Below, one piece after another: positions 39,101 to 52,860 of a stretch of 64,000 nt of DNA. A program made the position numbers and the translations under genes. The DNA is from Eledone cirrhosa (lineage: Eukaryota): the NCBI GenBank assembly GCA_964016885.1, contig OZ024740.1, positions 319,486,001 to 319,550,000 of the forward strand. Reading direction: 5' to 3'. The notes under the pieces were generated by a model, which was given only the letters and a program-made list of their open reading frames with translations, did no database searches and was not told the origin of the DNA. Positions within the stretch are counted from its first letter, which is position 1. Each line of letters starts with the position of its first letter.

Positions 39101-42100
39101 TAAATAATAATAATAATAAAAATAATAATAATAATAATGATTTCATTTATTGGCCACAAGGGCCGACATATAGGGTACAATACAAAAGACTGGGACAGTA
39201 TGGGTTTACATATATAACATGTAAACAATAACAAAATAACAAGAAAAATACAAGAAAAATTCCCCAATAGGGGGGGGATGACCACCCAGGGTTCACTCAG
39301 GTACCTCACCAATCCTAAACGACCCGACGCCTCGAGAGCACCCGGGAAGGGCACCCCTCTCCTCCTCAAATTCACCCACCTACAGGCGCATGATCAGAGT
39401 AGGCCCACTCACACGGGTCATTCTCGCCACATTCACCCACCTTTCAGCAAATGTACTGGGGATTAGCACTTCTCTCTCCACCCTCACCTTCCTTTCCAAG
39501 TGAAACTTGAAAAAGTTGATGAGGGATTGGCCGGAGAGAAAAGTGTCTGTCTTCAGTCCTTTCAACCTCGTCCACTATACAACCTCTTTCGCTACTGCCA
39601 CCAGACAGAAGAAAATTGCCTGCCCTTCCTGGCCAAAAGAAGGCGGCGAGTCGATCTTCACTATGGACTTGGCCGATAGCCGGATCCGTTCTACACAAGT
39701 CAGTAATGCACGGACACTGGACGAGTGCGTGCAGAACAGTTTCGTCGCTCTGTGCGCATCTCGGTCCGTCTGGCAGCACTTCCGTGCCTGTAGAGTTTAT
39801 CTCGAACCGGCAGTGCCCCTCGGTAGCATTGCCAAGCGAGGGATTTTTGGAAATTATCCATCGTCCCCGGTTCGAAAGTCCTCCGGAACAGACTGGTTAG
39901 TTCAACTTCGTCGACGCCCAGAGGCTCTCCGAGTGCGTCGTCGCACTTGCCCACCACTAATCCTCTATAGAACTCGAGAGTGGAAGTTCCACCGACCGCC
40001 TGGTAGAGGGCAGTGAGTGCCTGGCAGCATTCCAGATGCCAGTCACCCAGGTTTGGTCTCTTCTTGGCCAAGGACTGCAGCTCAGTCAAAGATAAACGGT
40101 GACCACACCTGTTCATCGTTTAGGCAGAATATCTGGAGATACCGCAGCCTCAGCGCGTGTCTGCGCATCATTAGCCACGTAGAGGGTGAGGGCAGCAGAT
40201 GGTCCGCCTCACCAACTGAACCTGACCCCTCCACAAGAATTTTGAGAGGAGCTGAAGTGACGTGGTGCAGACGGGGGCAAGGGACGACTGTCAGGCAGTA
40301 GTAGATGACGGACGCGATGTACGCGTTCGCCACCTCCGCCCGACCTTTCAGTGATAGCTTCATCGCAGCCCATTTCTGGGTGAGACTAGCTACCCTTACC
40401 ATCACCTCGTCCCAATTATTTATCCACCCGGAGGTCTGGCTCGAGCAAACCCCGAAAAACTTTACAGGTCCGTCCGTCCATCCAGCGCCCAACGACGCTG
40501 TTGGACGGCATGGACTTGCCTCTCCAGGTGCCGAGCTGCAAGCCCACCGACTTGTCCGGGTTAAGTTTTGCTCCCGTCAACCTTTCATATTCCTCCTATA
40601 AGTTGCCGACTACCTCGATTTCTGAGGTGTCAGACACCATCACGGTGATGTCCGCATAAGCCGACACAGCCTTTCCTCGTTCTTGTTCGAGTGGGATGCC
40701 CTGCAACAGCTCCAGCTTCCGCAGTAAAGGCTCGAGAGTCAATACGTACAGAAGGGAGGAGAGAGGACACCCTTGACGGACCGATCGGGAGATCTGAAAC
40801 AGTTCCGAGAGGTGGCCATTAACTTTAACCACTGAGCAGATGCCGCTGTGCATTGCAGCGATCCAGCTTCTGAAGACGGGGCCGAAGGCAGCCGCCCTGA
40901 GGAAAGCCTCCAGGTACCGATGGTCGACCCTATCGAATGCTTTCGATTGATCTAAATTGATCAGAGCCCCACCGAAGCCAGGTTTACACCAACCCTCTCT
41001 ATGATGTATGGCATCAGGTGGAGGTAGTCGTGTATGGACCTGGTTGGGACTGCGCAAATTTGCGCCTCCCCAACCAAATCCCCGACGACAGGCGCCAACC
41101 TCTTCGCTAACACCTTGGCCAAAATCTTAAACTCTGTGTTGAGCAAAGTTATGGGCCTGAAATTGTCTAATATGTCCCTCTTGTTCTCGTCTTTCCTTAT
41201 CAGCGTCACTACGCCCTGGCTGACAGAATTGGGAATACTCCCATTCTGCTACCAGTTGCAGTAGAGCGCTTCGAGGAGATCGGAGAACAAGTCTGGCATA
41301 TTTACGTAAAGCTCGTAGGGTAGACCATCCAAACCGGGTAACTTGCGCCTCATGCAGCCGACAAGGCATCCTGAACCTCGGCTTAAGTAATCGGCCTTTC
41401 GCAGCGCTCAGCGTCGGTCGTCGAGAAGTCGGCCACCGTCTCTGACCCGCTACTTCCCCCGAACAACCGAGCAAAATCTTGGCGAAAGGCCTAACACATC
41501 CGCTTGGAACCGCTTAGCTCGTGTCCTTCTCGGTCCGTCAAAGACCGAATCGTCGTTTTATTACCACGCTGCGCCTCTGCCACGCGGGCCCATCGAACAG
41601 CTTTGGTTTCCTCGTTTCTCAGAGCACGCGCCTTATCTCTGACAATGCAACCTTCGTGTTTCGCATTGAAGAAATGATCTAATGCCATTCTCCTCGCTAG
41701 CACGTCAGTTGCAATGCCACTATAAATAGCCTCGTCTAACTTATCTACAAGCTCCTCCTCCTTTCTATTTTTCTCTAATGTTACTTCTTTGCTAAACCCT
41801 ATCGACATCGCTCTAATCTCTCTTTTGAGAACCCTCCACCATCTATTGCTGACGACTCCCCCTGTCAACCTTTTCTTAACTAAATTGTTGACCCGATCCC
41901 TGTAAGCCTTACGTGCCGGAAACGACATGTTCAGCTTCCAGTAACCAGGTCCTAACCTACGCGTCTTATCTAGGTCGACCATACAGATCACCAACTTGTG
42001 ATCTGAATAGGCGACCGTATGTAATTATGGACACCCTATACTATCCTTATCCCCTAATCTAATTAGAAACCTATCTAAGTACGATCTAGATGTCCCTAAA

Positions 42101-43926
42101 CGATTTGTCCAGGTTCACACTGGCGCATTATGGAAATCTAGTCGGTACCTGTCAGACAGTTGGAACTGGCTGATCTGGTACTTGAGGCTTTTACACCCCC
42201 CGCTCCTATCGGATACTCCCACACTGTCCCAGCGTGCGTCTAAGATGCCGTTCCAGTTCCCCGCTAACAGTAAAGAGCGAGAAAGGCTTCCAGGCGTCTA
42301 AAGAAATCCGGCCGTCCTGCTCCGGTAGGGGCGTAGACGGCCACCATTCTAAAGGGACCACCTTCGCTATTGTTCACGTCCAGGACCACCAACTTACCGT
42401 CCGGGTCCCAGAAGATCGACCTTACCTCGAGATCCAGGCTTTTCCTAAACAGCACTGCCACCCCACCTCCCATTCCCGGTCGACTAAAAGATGCAAAGAT
42501 CTGATAGTCGTCGAAAATAGGGGCTAGTGCGCGTGTCGGAAATCCTGGTCGCGCTATCGGCAATTACATCCATAGAAACCTGAGGTCGTTGAGCAGGTGA
42601 CCATTCTTCCAGGACGATCCCAGGCCTCGAGCATTTAAACATCCTACTCTTAATATGGCCATGTTGGCAGGCTAAATGAAAGAGGAAAGGTGCTCTTGTG
42701 AAGGTCGGGTGGTTCGACCTCCATAGTTGGTAGGGTTTCTTTGTTCCCATGTCGTTGGGGAAGCCCTCCCTAATTGTTTTATAATTGGTTAGTGCCATTC
42801 GCACCAGCAAAAGTGTTTGTAGCACTTTCAAGGTGCAGGTGTTAAACGCCTCCCTCTCTTTCCTTACTTCGTGTTATGAGGTTCAGTAATTTTGTGTTCG
42901 ATATCCTCACTAACACGAAGTTTAGGTTGTAAATTGTTGCTGTGTGTGTTTTCTTTTAGTAGTTTGCGTTAGTGGTAGTGTTGTTGGTGGAGATGGTGTT
43001 TGTGTTGACGGTTGTGTTTTTGCGGGGGAGGATTTTGTAGTATGTGTGTCTGTTTGGTGCGATTGTGTCTTTTTTGTTTGCTGTTTGTGTTGGTGTGTGA
43101 GATTTCTTCTTGTGTTTTCATTTTTCTTGTTTTGGCTTTTGGTGTTCCTCCTCATCTTCGCTTAGTGGTGAAGAGGTTTCTGTGTTTGTGTCAGAAATAA
43201 GTGGCAGTGCGTGATTGGGTGTGTGTATTTCAATGTGTGTGTGTGTTCAAGAGGGGGAGCGGGAGAGCTTCTTTGGAGTGGCCTCTGGCTCACAACTGAA
43301 ATAGTGCGACCTTTTGCCTTCAGCCATCACTTGTAGAGTCGTCCTGTTTCTTCAGGTTTGATCTGGAGAAGTATCTCCAGATCAACCCCGGACCAGTCCT
43401 CTCTTCCTGTCCTAGTTACCTCTATTGGGACGGCATCTGACCCCTCCACAATCACGCATCCCAGGTGGAATCCTGGGAATGCGAACTCTAATTGTTCTTT
43501 TTCCCATGTGGGAGGGGTAATAATAACCTTGCTGGTTTTGCAAGGGGTCGTTGAGTGCTTCAAAGAGAGGGACTCCGACTTAAACAGCACTGAGATGGTG
43601 CCGTATTGTTGACCCCTCGCTACGTACTCTGTATCTCTTCTGATGCACCTCAGCGCAGCCTCGATGTCTGTTTGGTGAGAGTTTGTGGCTCTTTCCGTCT
43701 CAGCTGAGATGCATCTGAAGACCAGAGTTCTCTTCTCCGCCGCTTCTATGGCCTCTGCCGGGACAGTTAAGTTGGCCCAGGTTTGCTCCTGTTTGATGAG
43801 CTTCCATGCCTGGGCCAACTTTGTTTCCTTATCTGTCAAGTCCAACTTTGTTTCCTTAGTCCAGAGATTATGGGCAGCCGGCACCAATATTACATCACCA
43901 ACAACAAATGCTGCGTGACAAGCGGG
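39101..43926 (-). mobile_element. Near full-length Tx1/L1-clade LINE (ORF1 about 43900-42700; ORF2 ATG at 42662 to about 39380), frameshifted
   Basis: ORF2 starts MAILRVGCLNARGL. It has APE motifs GGGVA and VYAP, GPGYWKLN, RT motifs NFRPITLLNTEFKILAKVLA, LDQSKAFDRVDH, RQGCPLS and YAD, and a C-terminal zinc knuckle CAQSDETVLHALVQC. AATAAA and an (ATT)n tail lie at 39101-39150. Confidence 0.92.
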
Positions 43927-43946
43927 TAATAATAATTATAATAATT

Positions 43947-44085
43947 ATTTCTACCTTTGTCTCAAGGCCAACAATTTGAAGGTAAGGAGAATATCGATTA
44001 AATCAACCCCAGTAAGTTACTGGTACTTTACTCTATCGATCTCGTAAGAATTAAAGGCAAAGCTAACCTTGGCGGGATTTGAGCG
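43947..44085 (-). mobile_element. SINE family 1 (partial)
   Basis: Matches the 3' part of the consensus. Confidence 0.7.
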
Positions 44086-44304
44086 CAGCAAGTCATAACA
44101 AACACCATAACATTTAAAACCAATATTATAACAACTCTTTCAATTCTACACCCTATTGTCTTCCATAAAAAGAGATACATTGTTCATAGTAATTCAACAT
44201 GTACGATGTCTTCAGCTAGGATATAGTTTGATCAAAACAACAACAAAAGCAGCATACAACCGCCCCTCCCACTCTCTCTCTCATATATATAGATATACAT
44301 ATAT

Positions 44305-44339
<35 letters not shown>

Positions 44340-44393
44340 AACAGGCATAATAAATACAAAGACCAAAATCCAAAGAAGACTCGTTAAGGGTTG

Positions 44394-44433
<40 letters not shown>

Positions 44434-44684
44434 AGTATATATAAATTCACAAATATTTATTATTTATACAAATAATAAAAATAATAATTATATATACAAA
44501 TAATAAAAATAATAATTATATATTATCTGTACAAATGTATATATATATATAAGTATGTATACGTACATACATATATGTATACAGACGTACAGTAGTATGT
44601 ATATATATACATACATGCACACACATATATATATATATACATTAGAAAAAAAAAATAAAATATATATATATATATATATATATT

Positions 44685-44734
<50 letters not shown>

Positions 44735-44749
44735 TAAAAATATTAATGT

Positions 44750-45803
44750 TATTAAGGATATAATGTGAAAAGAAGGAGAAGAATGAATGAGTTATGAATT
44801 TAGAGGAATTAGTTAGGGTTTAAGTGTGTTTTATGTAATGTAATATGTGTACGTAAATAGTTTGTTTAAAAATGAGCGCGGAAAGAAAAGAAGAAAATAA
44901 TGTTTTCGCGGAAAGAAAAGAAGAAGATATCTAACATCAAAAAGTATATATGTTTACGAAATATTTTCTAATGGTAATAATATAATATATTAAAAGAAAT
45001 TAGTTAGGGTTTAAGTTTGTTTTTATGTATTGTAATATGTAAAAGTGAAATTAAGTAGTAGTTTAAAACGAGCATGAAAGGATGGGGGAGATAATAAAAA
45101 TTTAAGGAAGAAAAAAATCTAACGTCAAAAAATTGTTTACGAAGGACTTCTAATGGTAATACTATAACGTATTAAAAAAATAATTTTTATGGCCAATGAT
45201 ATGAGGAAAGATGGAAGAATGGATAATGTTGTGGTGAGTAATAATAAGAATTGAGAAGTAGTTAGGAAGAAAAGGTACAGATTAGAGGTTAGAAATTAAA
45301 AAAGAATAAAGGAAGAAAGGAAAATGATAAAGAGGAATGATATAGAATGAGTAACTTGTATTATATAATATATAATAAATAATATTGAAATAAGGTAGAA
45401 AGATGGATATATTTGTAAAAGATATATAAGCCTTTGAGAAAAAGGATTTTAAACTAGTAAGGTATTAGATATTAGCTGTATATTTTATGGAATGTTCGGT
45501 GGAATTTATGCAAGCAAAGAGAAAATAAATCCGTGCGTCTATTTATTATAGAATTGAGATTAGATATAATGGTAAATTTCTCGGCTAGGCAGAAATTACA
45601 TGTTCTGGATAGGGAGGCATTCAAGTAGGGAAAGGCAGAACAAACTTTCCTTCAAAAGATGTTATAGTTAATATTTTTGTCTTTCAAGGACCATATGAGT
45701 TCCGAGAGTGCCGTGTTAGTTCTTTTAAGTTGTTATCTAAAAGACGAATTGTGATTATAAAATCTAGCTTTGAAGGAGGTGGAGGTGGAACCGAAATAGG
45801 TAA
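44750..45803 (-). mobile_element. Penelope-like element 3' end (GIY-YIG C-terminal half plus UTR with an approximately 190-bp tandem duplication)
   Basis: Minus strand YFGSTSTSFKARFYNH...TALSELIWSLKDKNINY...CNFCLAEKFTI. Direct repeats start AATTAGTTAGGGTTT at about 44807 and 44998. Confidence 0.7.
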
Positions 45804-47215
45804 TTAGTCACAATCCTGATATAGTCACATCTATAATATAGTCACAGCCGTAATATATTCTCAATCCTGATATAGTCACAGCTATAATATAGTCACAGTC
45901 TTAATATAGTCACAATCCTGATATAGTCACAGCTATAATATAGTCTCAGCCTTAATACAGTCACGACTATAATATAGTCACAGCCTTAATATAGTCTCAA
46001 GCATGATATAGTCACATCTATAATATAGTCACAGCCTTAATACAGTCACATCTATAATATAGTCACAGCCTTAATACAGTCACAACTATAATAAAGTCAC
46101 AGCCTTAATATAGTCACAATCCTGATATAGTCACAACCCTGGTATAGTCACAATCCTGATCTAGTCACAACTCTGATGTAGTCAGAAGTCTCATATAGTG
46201 ACAACCCTAATATAGACGCAACCCTCACACAGGCACAACCCTGACATAGCCATGAGCCTGATTTAGTAATAATCCTGACGTTGTCACATTCCTGGTACCG
46301 TCACAACTCTGATGTAGTAATAACCGTAACGTAGTTACGATCCTGGTATAGTCAGAGGTCTGATATAGCGATTACCTGATTACCTGTGATGGTTTCTAAG
46401 CCTTAGTCACGACCATGATATAGTCACGATCCTGATGCAGTCACAACCTTGATATATTCACGACCCTTATATAGTCACAACCTTGATATAGTCCCGACCT
46501 TGATATAATCACGACCCTGATATAGTCACGATCCTGATATAGTCACAACCCTGATATAATCACAACCCTGATATAGTCACGACCCTGATATAATCACAAC
46601 CCTGATATAGTCACAACCCTGATATAGTCACGACCCTGATATAATCACAACCCTGATATAGTCACAACCCTGATATAGTCACGACCATGATATAGTCACA
46701 ACCCTGATATAGTCACAACCCTGATATAGTCACAACCCTGATATAGTCACGACCCTGATATAGTCACAACCCTGATATAGTCACGACCATGATATAGTCA
46801 GAAGTCTGATGTAGTCACAACCCTAATATAGTCACAACCCTGATATAGTCACAACCCTGATATAGTCAGAAGTCTGATGTAGCAATTAATGGATTACTTG
46901 TGATGGTTTCCAAGCCTGATGTAGTCACGACCCTACTATAGTCACAACCCTGATGTAGCCATGACCCTAATATAGTCACGACCCTGATATAGTCACGACT
47001 CTAATATAGTCACAACCCTGATGTAGCGTCGACCCTGATATAGTCAGGACCCTGATATAGGCACAACCTTGATATAGTCCCGACCCTAATATAGTCATAA
47101 CTATGATATAGTCACAACCCTGATATAGTCACGACTTTGATATAGTCACGACTTTGATATAGTCACGACCTTGATATAGTCACGACCTTGATATAGTCAC
47201 AACCTTGATATAGTG
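45804..47215 (+). repeat. About 1.4-kb 17-bp minisatellite (GATATAGTCACAACCCT and variants)
   Basis: Directly visible tandem array with variant subarrays and interspersed GATTAC.TGTGATGGTTTC segments. Confidence 0.95.
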
Positions 47216-48110
47216 AAAAGTCTGATGTGGTGATTAATGGATTACTTGTGATAGTTTCGAAGCTGTAATAGAAGCCTTTACATTTACAATTGCAATATAA
47301 CATCAAGAACATATGATAACTAAACTATAAAAGTAGTTAAATTGAGAAGCAGTAAAATACAGATTATGACAAGGAACACAATTGATCAAATTATATCCAG
47401 CTGTTCTGTCTTCACTACGTCAGAATATACACATATCAAGTATGTAGTAATATTCTTTGCTAATATGTATATGCTATCAAATTTAAACATAGAAATAGAC
47501 GATAAATAGTATAACTATTTAGCAAAAAGCTTTTAAAAAGAACGACAATAACTAATTTACAACACTCACCAAATATCCAGACGTTAGGAAAGATACAAAA
47601 AAATGTCTTTTTATCGATATATGAATCCTTTCTGATAAGAATATTACTTGGAAAGAGGTTAAGAAACTATCAAGATAATGAGATTTAGAGATAGGGCAGA
47701 ATGTATGTGGAAGATTAGTGTAAATACTTCTTTATCTATTGTATTTGAAACATCAGTCGTTATTAAAACAAACAGAAAAAGAAAACAAGTCATAAGATTC
47801 CGGGTATTATACACACAGAAAAAAATAACTTAATATTATTATTCACAATATACAATATATATATATTACATGTTGTGTCTTTTCCATATTAGATATTTAT
47901 AATGCATTTATATTCACAAGCTAGTAAGCTTTTAAATTGGGCGCTCAAATTACTAGAAAGAACAGCCATATCTCATTCAAATTATATTGAGGTGGAACAA
48001 AATTCCTTTTGATCATAGGTCTGTTCAGTTAAGTCTTAGGGCTAAACAGCAACAATAATAATAACAACAACACACACAACATTCATTTGAGATACATGCG
48101 AAGAAATATA

Positions 48111-48477
<367 letters not shown>

Positions 48478-48619
48478 AAGGTGAAGCTGGAAATAGCACG
48501 GAAAATATGTTTTAGGGTCAGTTTTTCTTTTTTTTTTCCCCTTCTTTGATTCGTCAAAGTGACATTATTGAAACAATGAGAGGGACAATTCTTTTTTAAA
48601 AAGAGTTTTATGTATATAA

Positions 48620-50820
48620 AGTATTACCGGTTTCGATGTATTATTAAAATTCATCTTATAAAATGTTAAGTATTACAATTAAAAAGGATTAATAAGAATT
48701 AAAAACTAAAAATTAAAGATTTAAAAATTAGGAGGTAAGTTTTTTCATCTTTCTTGTTGAGAAGGAGACTGGAGAATGAACTCTTGTGTATATATAGAGA
48801 GGTGTAGTCATAAAGTAGCAGCAGTGGTGGTGGGTGTGTTTCTTCACAGAACAAAATTGTTTTGGGGGACAAAGGAAATATTCTGTAAATATGTGTGTCA
48901 ATTGTGTTAATGGACTGATCAAGAGTTCAGATGGAGGGGGGGGGGATTGTAAGCTAGAGACAAATTCTATGGCAACAGTAGGGTTGTAAAAGAAATTCTA
49001 TTTATGGAATATGGTTTTAGGGAGTGTGTGTAGTGTGAGAGTGTATATATAAAAATACACACATGTGTGTTTAGGGAGGGGGGTGCTTCAACCTGTCAGT
49101 CACAGGTCCCTTTGTGGTGGGAAATTTAAAAAAAACAGAGCAGAGCATAATTGGTGGCTTTCAATCAGGAATTTTTGGAAAATATGTGAATGATTTTTTT
49201 CTCTTTGTTCGTGGTGTGTGTGTGGGGAGGGGGGTGGGGTCTAATGGGGGTGATTACATATTTAATTTTGGTTTAAATTTGTTAATAAATAGTTTTTCTA
49301 TATTTATTCTTTGTTGTTGGGTGAAAGAATCGGGGCACTTGTAAAGGGGGAAGATTTTAAAGTTGGGTAGCGTCATTCCTGCACAATCTGCAATGTGGCT
49401 ACTTAAGGGGATTTTTCTTCTGTTTATGTCTCGGATTTGTTGGCGATGGATGGTCATTCTTTTGTGTAATGACACACCCGTCTGTCCTATATAGTTATGT
49501 CGACAGCCACCGCATGTGATTACGTAGATCAGGTTCTCTGAGTTGCAAGTGAAGTTGTTTTTCATTGTGAAAGTTTGGCCATCTTTAAACGTGAAATTTT
49601 GTCCTTCAATTAAGTATAGACATGTGCCACAGTTTGTTCTTCCGCATTTTGTTACCGTAGGGTTGGAGATTGGTTTGTGTATATTTATTGCCGTAAGAAT
49701 GTGTTTTAGTGATTTGGGTTGCTTTCACTTTTAATGATCTTGTGTGTTTCTAGGATTTTTTTCATTTTTTCATCTTTAAATAGAATGGGGAGGTTTTTGT
49801 GTAGGAGGTCGAACATTTCGGTGTTTCTGGGGTTGAATGTGGATACATATGTTAAGGTATTGTTTGTGGTTCTGTGCTTTGGGTTGTTGGGTTGATGAAA
49901 AATTGCGTGTTTTGCTCTGTCTATTCCGTCATTAATTATGTCAAGTGGGAAGGCTCTTAAGGTAAGTATGTTTTTTAGTTCATTTAGTCTTTGTTCCCGT
50001 TTAGCTGGGCCTGATACAATGGTGCATATACGTTTGGCTAAATTAAAAGGAATGTTAAGTTTTGTATGTTTTGGGTGATTTGATGTGAAGAGGAGGTACT
50101 GTTTGGAGTCGGTGGGTTTATAAAAGATGTCTGTTTCTATTTTCCTATCTGATTTTAAGATAGGGATATCCAAGAAGGATAATTCCTTGGATTCCATTGT
50201 GAATTGTATGTTACTGTTAATGTTGTTTATCATAGTTTTGAAAAGCGCGAGCGTATTCATGTCTTCCTGCCATAGTATAAAGCAATCGTCTAGATATCTC
50301 TTCCAACTACTTTTGAGATGTGTAAGGAAAGAGTCTCCGAATAATAAAATAGATTGTTTGTAGATTTGTTGTTTGTGGAATCCATGACTAAGTTGGCATA
50401 TGTGGGGCTACCTTTGTGCCCATTGCAGTACCTGAGATTTGTCGATATGTTGAATCATTAAAATTTAAAAAATTTTCTGTAAGATAAATCGGAGCCCATC
50501 AATAATGAAGTTTTTGTTGATGTGTGTTGGTATTTCAGATTGGTGAGTGTCTAGCTAATACTGGATTGCCGTTATTCTATAGTTGTGGGGTATGTTAGTG
50601 TAGAGGTTTACTACGCCAAAAGAGACAAGAATAGTGTTTTCACTTACTGTTTTGGGTAGGTGGTTCAGCATATCAAGGTCATCCCGTATGTAGCTATGTA
50701 TATGTTTTAGTAAGGACTTTAGAAGGATGTCCAGGAAGTTGCTAATTCTGTGGGTTTCGCACGCATTTTGTGGTTAGGCTATTACGTTATTTTTGTAGTA
50801 ATGCTAGGAGATTCCCCATT
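48620..50820 (-). mobile_element. Penelope-like retroelement (RT plus GIY-YIG), 5'-truncated and frameshifted
   Basis: RT motifs GTAMGTKVAP, WKRYLDDCF and LSFLD...TDIFYKPTDSKQYL. GIY-YIG motif NLIYVITCGGCRHNYIGQTG. A degenerate hammerhead 3' half GATG..CATC-GAAACCGGTA lies at about 48620-48665. Confidence 0.9.
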
Positions 50821-50861
50821 GTTTAAGTTTGTTTGTAGTTTTGTGTTTTTCGTAGTACTAT

Positions 50862-51060
50862 AGAGAGGGGGTGAAAAGTTCATAGGCTGACGAAGATACT
50901 CTCATAGAATTACCAAATGGTGTTTATTTTTCAATATAGTCCCTGGAAAGAAACAATACAATTATTAATAAGAAGAGTTGAAATTAATGCATGCACGATT
51001 TCACAGCTTTAGCATCAATCCTTCATAGTCAGCCTATGAACCTTTCAGCCGACCCTCGTT
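50862..51060. mobile_element. Tc1/mariner-type MITE
   Basis: TIR-like ends GAGGGGGTGAAAAGTTCATAGGCTGAC and GTCAGCCTATGAACCTTTCAGCCGACCCTC. Confidence 0.7.
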
Positions 51061-51194
51061 TAGTTAAAAGAAAAAGAAATAATAATCAATTCCTCAGACA
51101 TTAGCTCAAGACATGGATTGGGAAGGTGGGGTAGGTGGATATATTAAATTGAAACCTTAGTTCCTCACTGGTACATATTTTATCGACCGAGGAT

Positions 51195-51637
51195 GGTTTC
51201 TAATTTAAGCACAAGGCCACCAATTTTGGGGAGAGAGGAAAGTCGATTAAATCGACTCCAGTACGTCACTGGTACTTTATTTTATCGAACTCGTAAGGAT
51301 GAAAGGCAGAGTTAACCTCGGCGGGATTTGAACTCAGACTGTAAAGGACCGTAACAGCGTTATTTGAACTCTCAACGTAACTGAATACAGCAGGACATTC
51401 TTCTCCAACACCGCCTTAACTGATATAAGGATTTCTAGTATAGGCACAAGGCCAGCAACTCGGGAGGAGGGGAAAGTCGATCAAATCGACCCAGTGCGTG
51501 ACTGGTACTTTATTTTATCGACCCCGTAAGAATGAAAGGCAAAGTTAACCTCGGCGAGATTTTAACTCAGACCATAAAGGGTCGTAACTCTATGCCACAA
51601 AGTATGGTGTCCGACCCTCTACCGATACTGCCAATAC
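51195..51637 (-). mobile_element. Two SINE family 1 copies (about 51195-51355 and 51430-51637)
   Basis: Both match the consensus on the minus strand. Confidence 0.85.
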
Positions 51638-51822
51638 ACTAATATAATGAAAATTATAAAGTTTACAGTAAACTAAAAATATCAATTGCTTATTTATATA
51701 TTGTAGTTGAGTGTGTAGAAAAAGACAGCAGTAGACAGCTTAGTAGACATAACACTAAAAACAAGTATTACTTATAAACAAGTACTGAACAATTATACGC
51801 TTCATTATTTATTATTATTATG

Positions 51823-52635
51823 GTGGTGGATTGGCAGTATCGGTAGAGAGTTGGACACCATGCTTTGCAGCATAAAGTTACAGTCCTTTATCGCCTGAGT
51901 TCAAATCCCACCGCGGTAAACTTTGCCTTTCATCCTTACGGGGTCGATAAAATAAAGTACCAGTAATGCACTGGGTAATTAATGGCCTTGTGCCAAAAGT
52001 AGAAACAATTAGTTATTATTATTATTTTTATTTTTATGATTAGGGAGGTGTATTGGCAGTTACGATAGAGCGTCGGATAATATGCTTTGTAACATAGAGT
52101 TATGGTCCTTTAAGTTCTGGTTTCAAATCCCGCCGAGGTTAGCTTTGCCTTTTATCCTTACTGAGTCGATAAAATAAAGTACCAGTAATGTACTGAGGTC
52201 TATTTAATCGACTTTCCCCTCCCCTAAAATTGTTGGCCTTTTGCCTAAATCAGAAACCATTATTAAAGCGGTGGATTAGTAGAATCGTTACAGCGTCAGA
52301 GAAAGTGCTTTGAGTTATTTATTCTGACTCTCAACGTTCTGAGTTCAAATCCCGTCGAGGTGAACTTTGCTTTCATCCTTACAGGATCGATTAAATAAAG
52401 TACCAGTCAAGTACTGGGTTCGATTTAATCGACTAAATTCACTTCCAAAAATTACTGGTATTGTATCTAAAATTAGAAACTAATATTATTTAGAGTGGTT
52501 CATTACGGAATCGTTAGTGCAATAGGCAAATAATTGCGGTATTTATTACGATCTGATTTCAAATCCCGCCGAGGTCGATGTAATCGACTAAACCCATCCC
52601 ACGAAAATTGCTGGCCTTGTACCTAAATTAGAAAT
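51823..52635 (+). mobile_element. Four head-to-tail SINE family 1 copies
   Basis: Copies start at about 51823, 52047, 52268 and 52494, separated by short A/T-rich linkers. Confidence 0.85.
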
Positions 52636-52639
52636 CCTC

Positions 52640-52860
52640 ATTATTATGATCATCATAATCATCATCGTGTTCTTGATCTTTAAGACGGAGATTGGGTCGA
52701 GGAAACAGGTAGAGTTAGTTCACTACACAGCTGCCCACAGACTGATGTCGTAATACATGGGACGGCTGAATACAAGTCCCGCCTACAGGGACATCAGTAA
52801 TGATGTTAGCCTTTGCCTCGTTGTCTTTGTACACAATATCATGCTCCACATATTTACCTA
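52640..52860 (-). mobile_element. Probable RTE-type LINE 3' remnant
   Basis: The minus strand ends in a (GAT)n-like tail, with a degenerate basic RQRLT segment resembling the RTE C-terminus. Confidence 0.4.
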
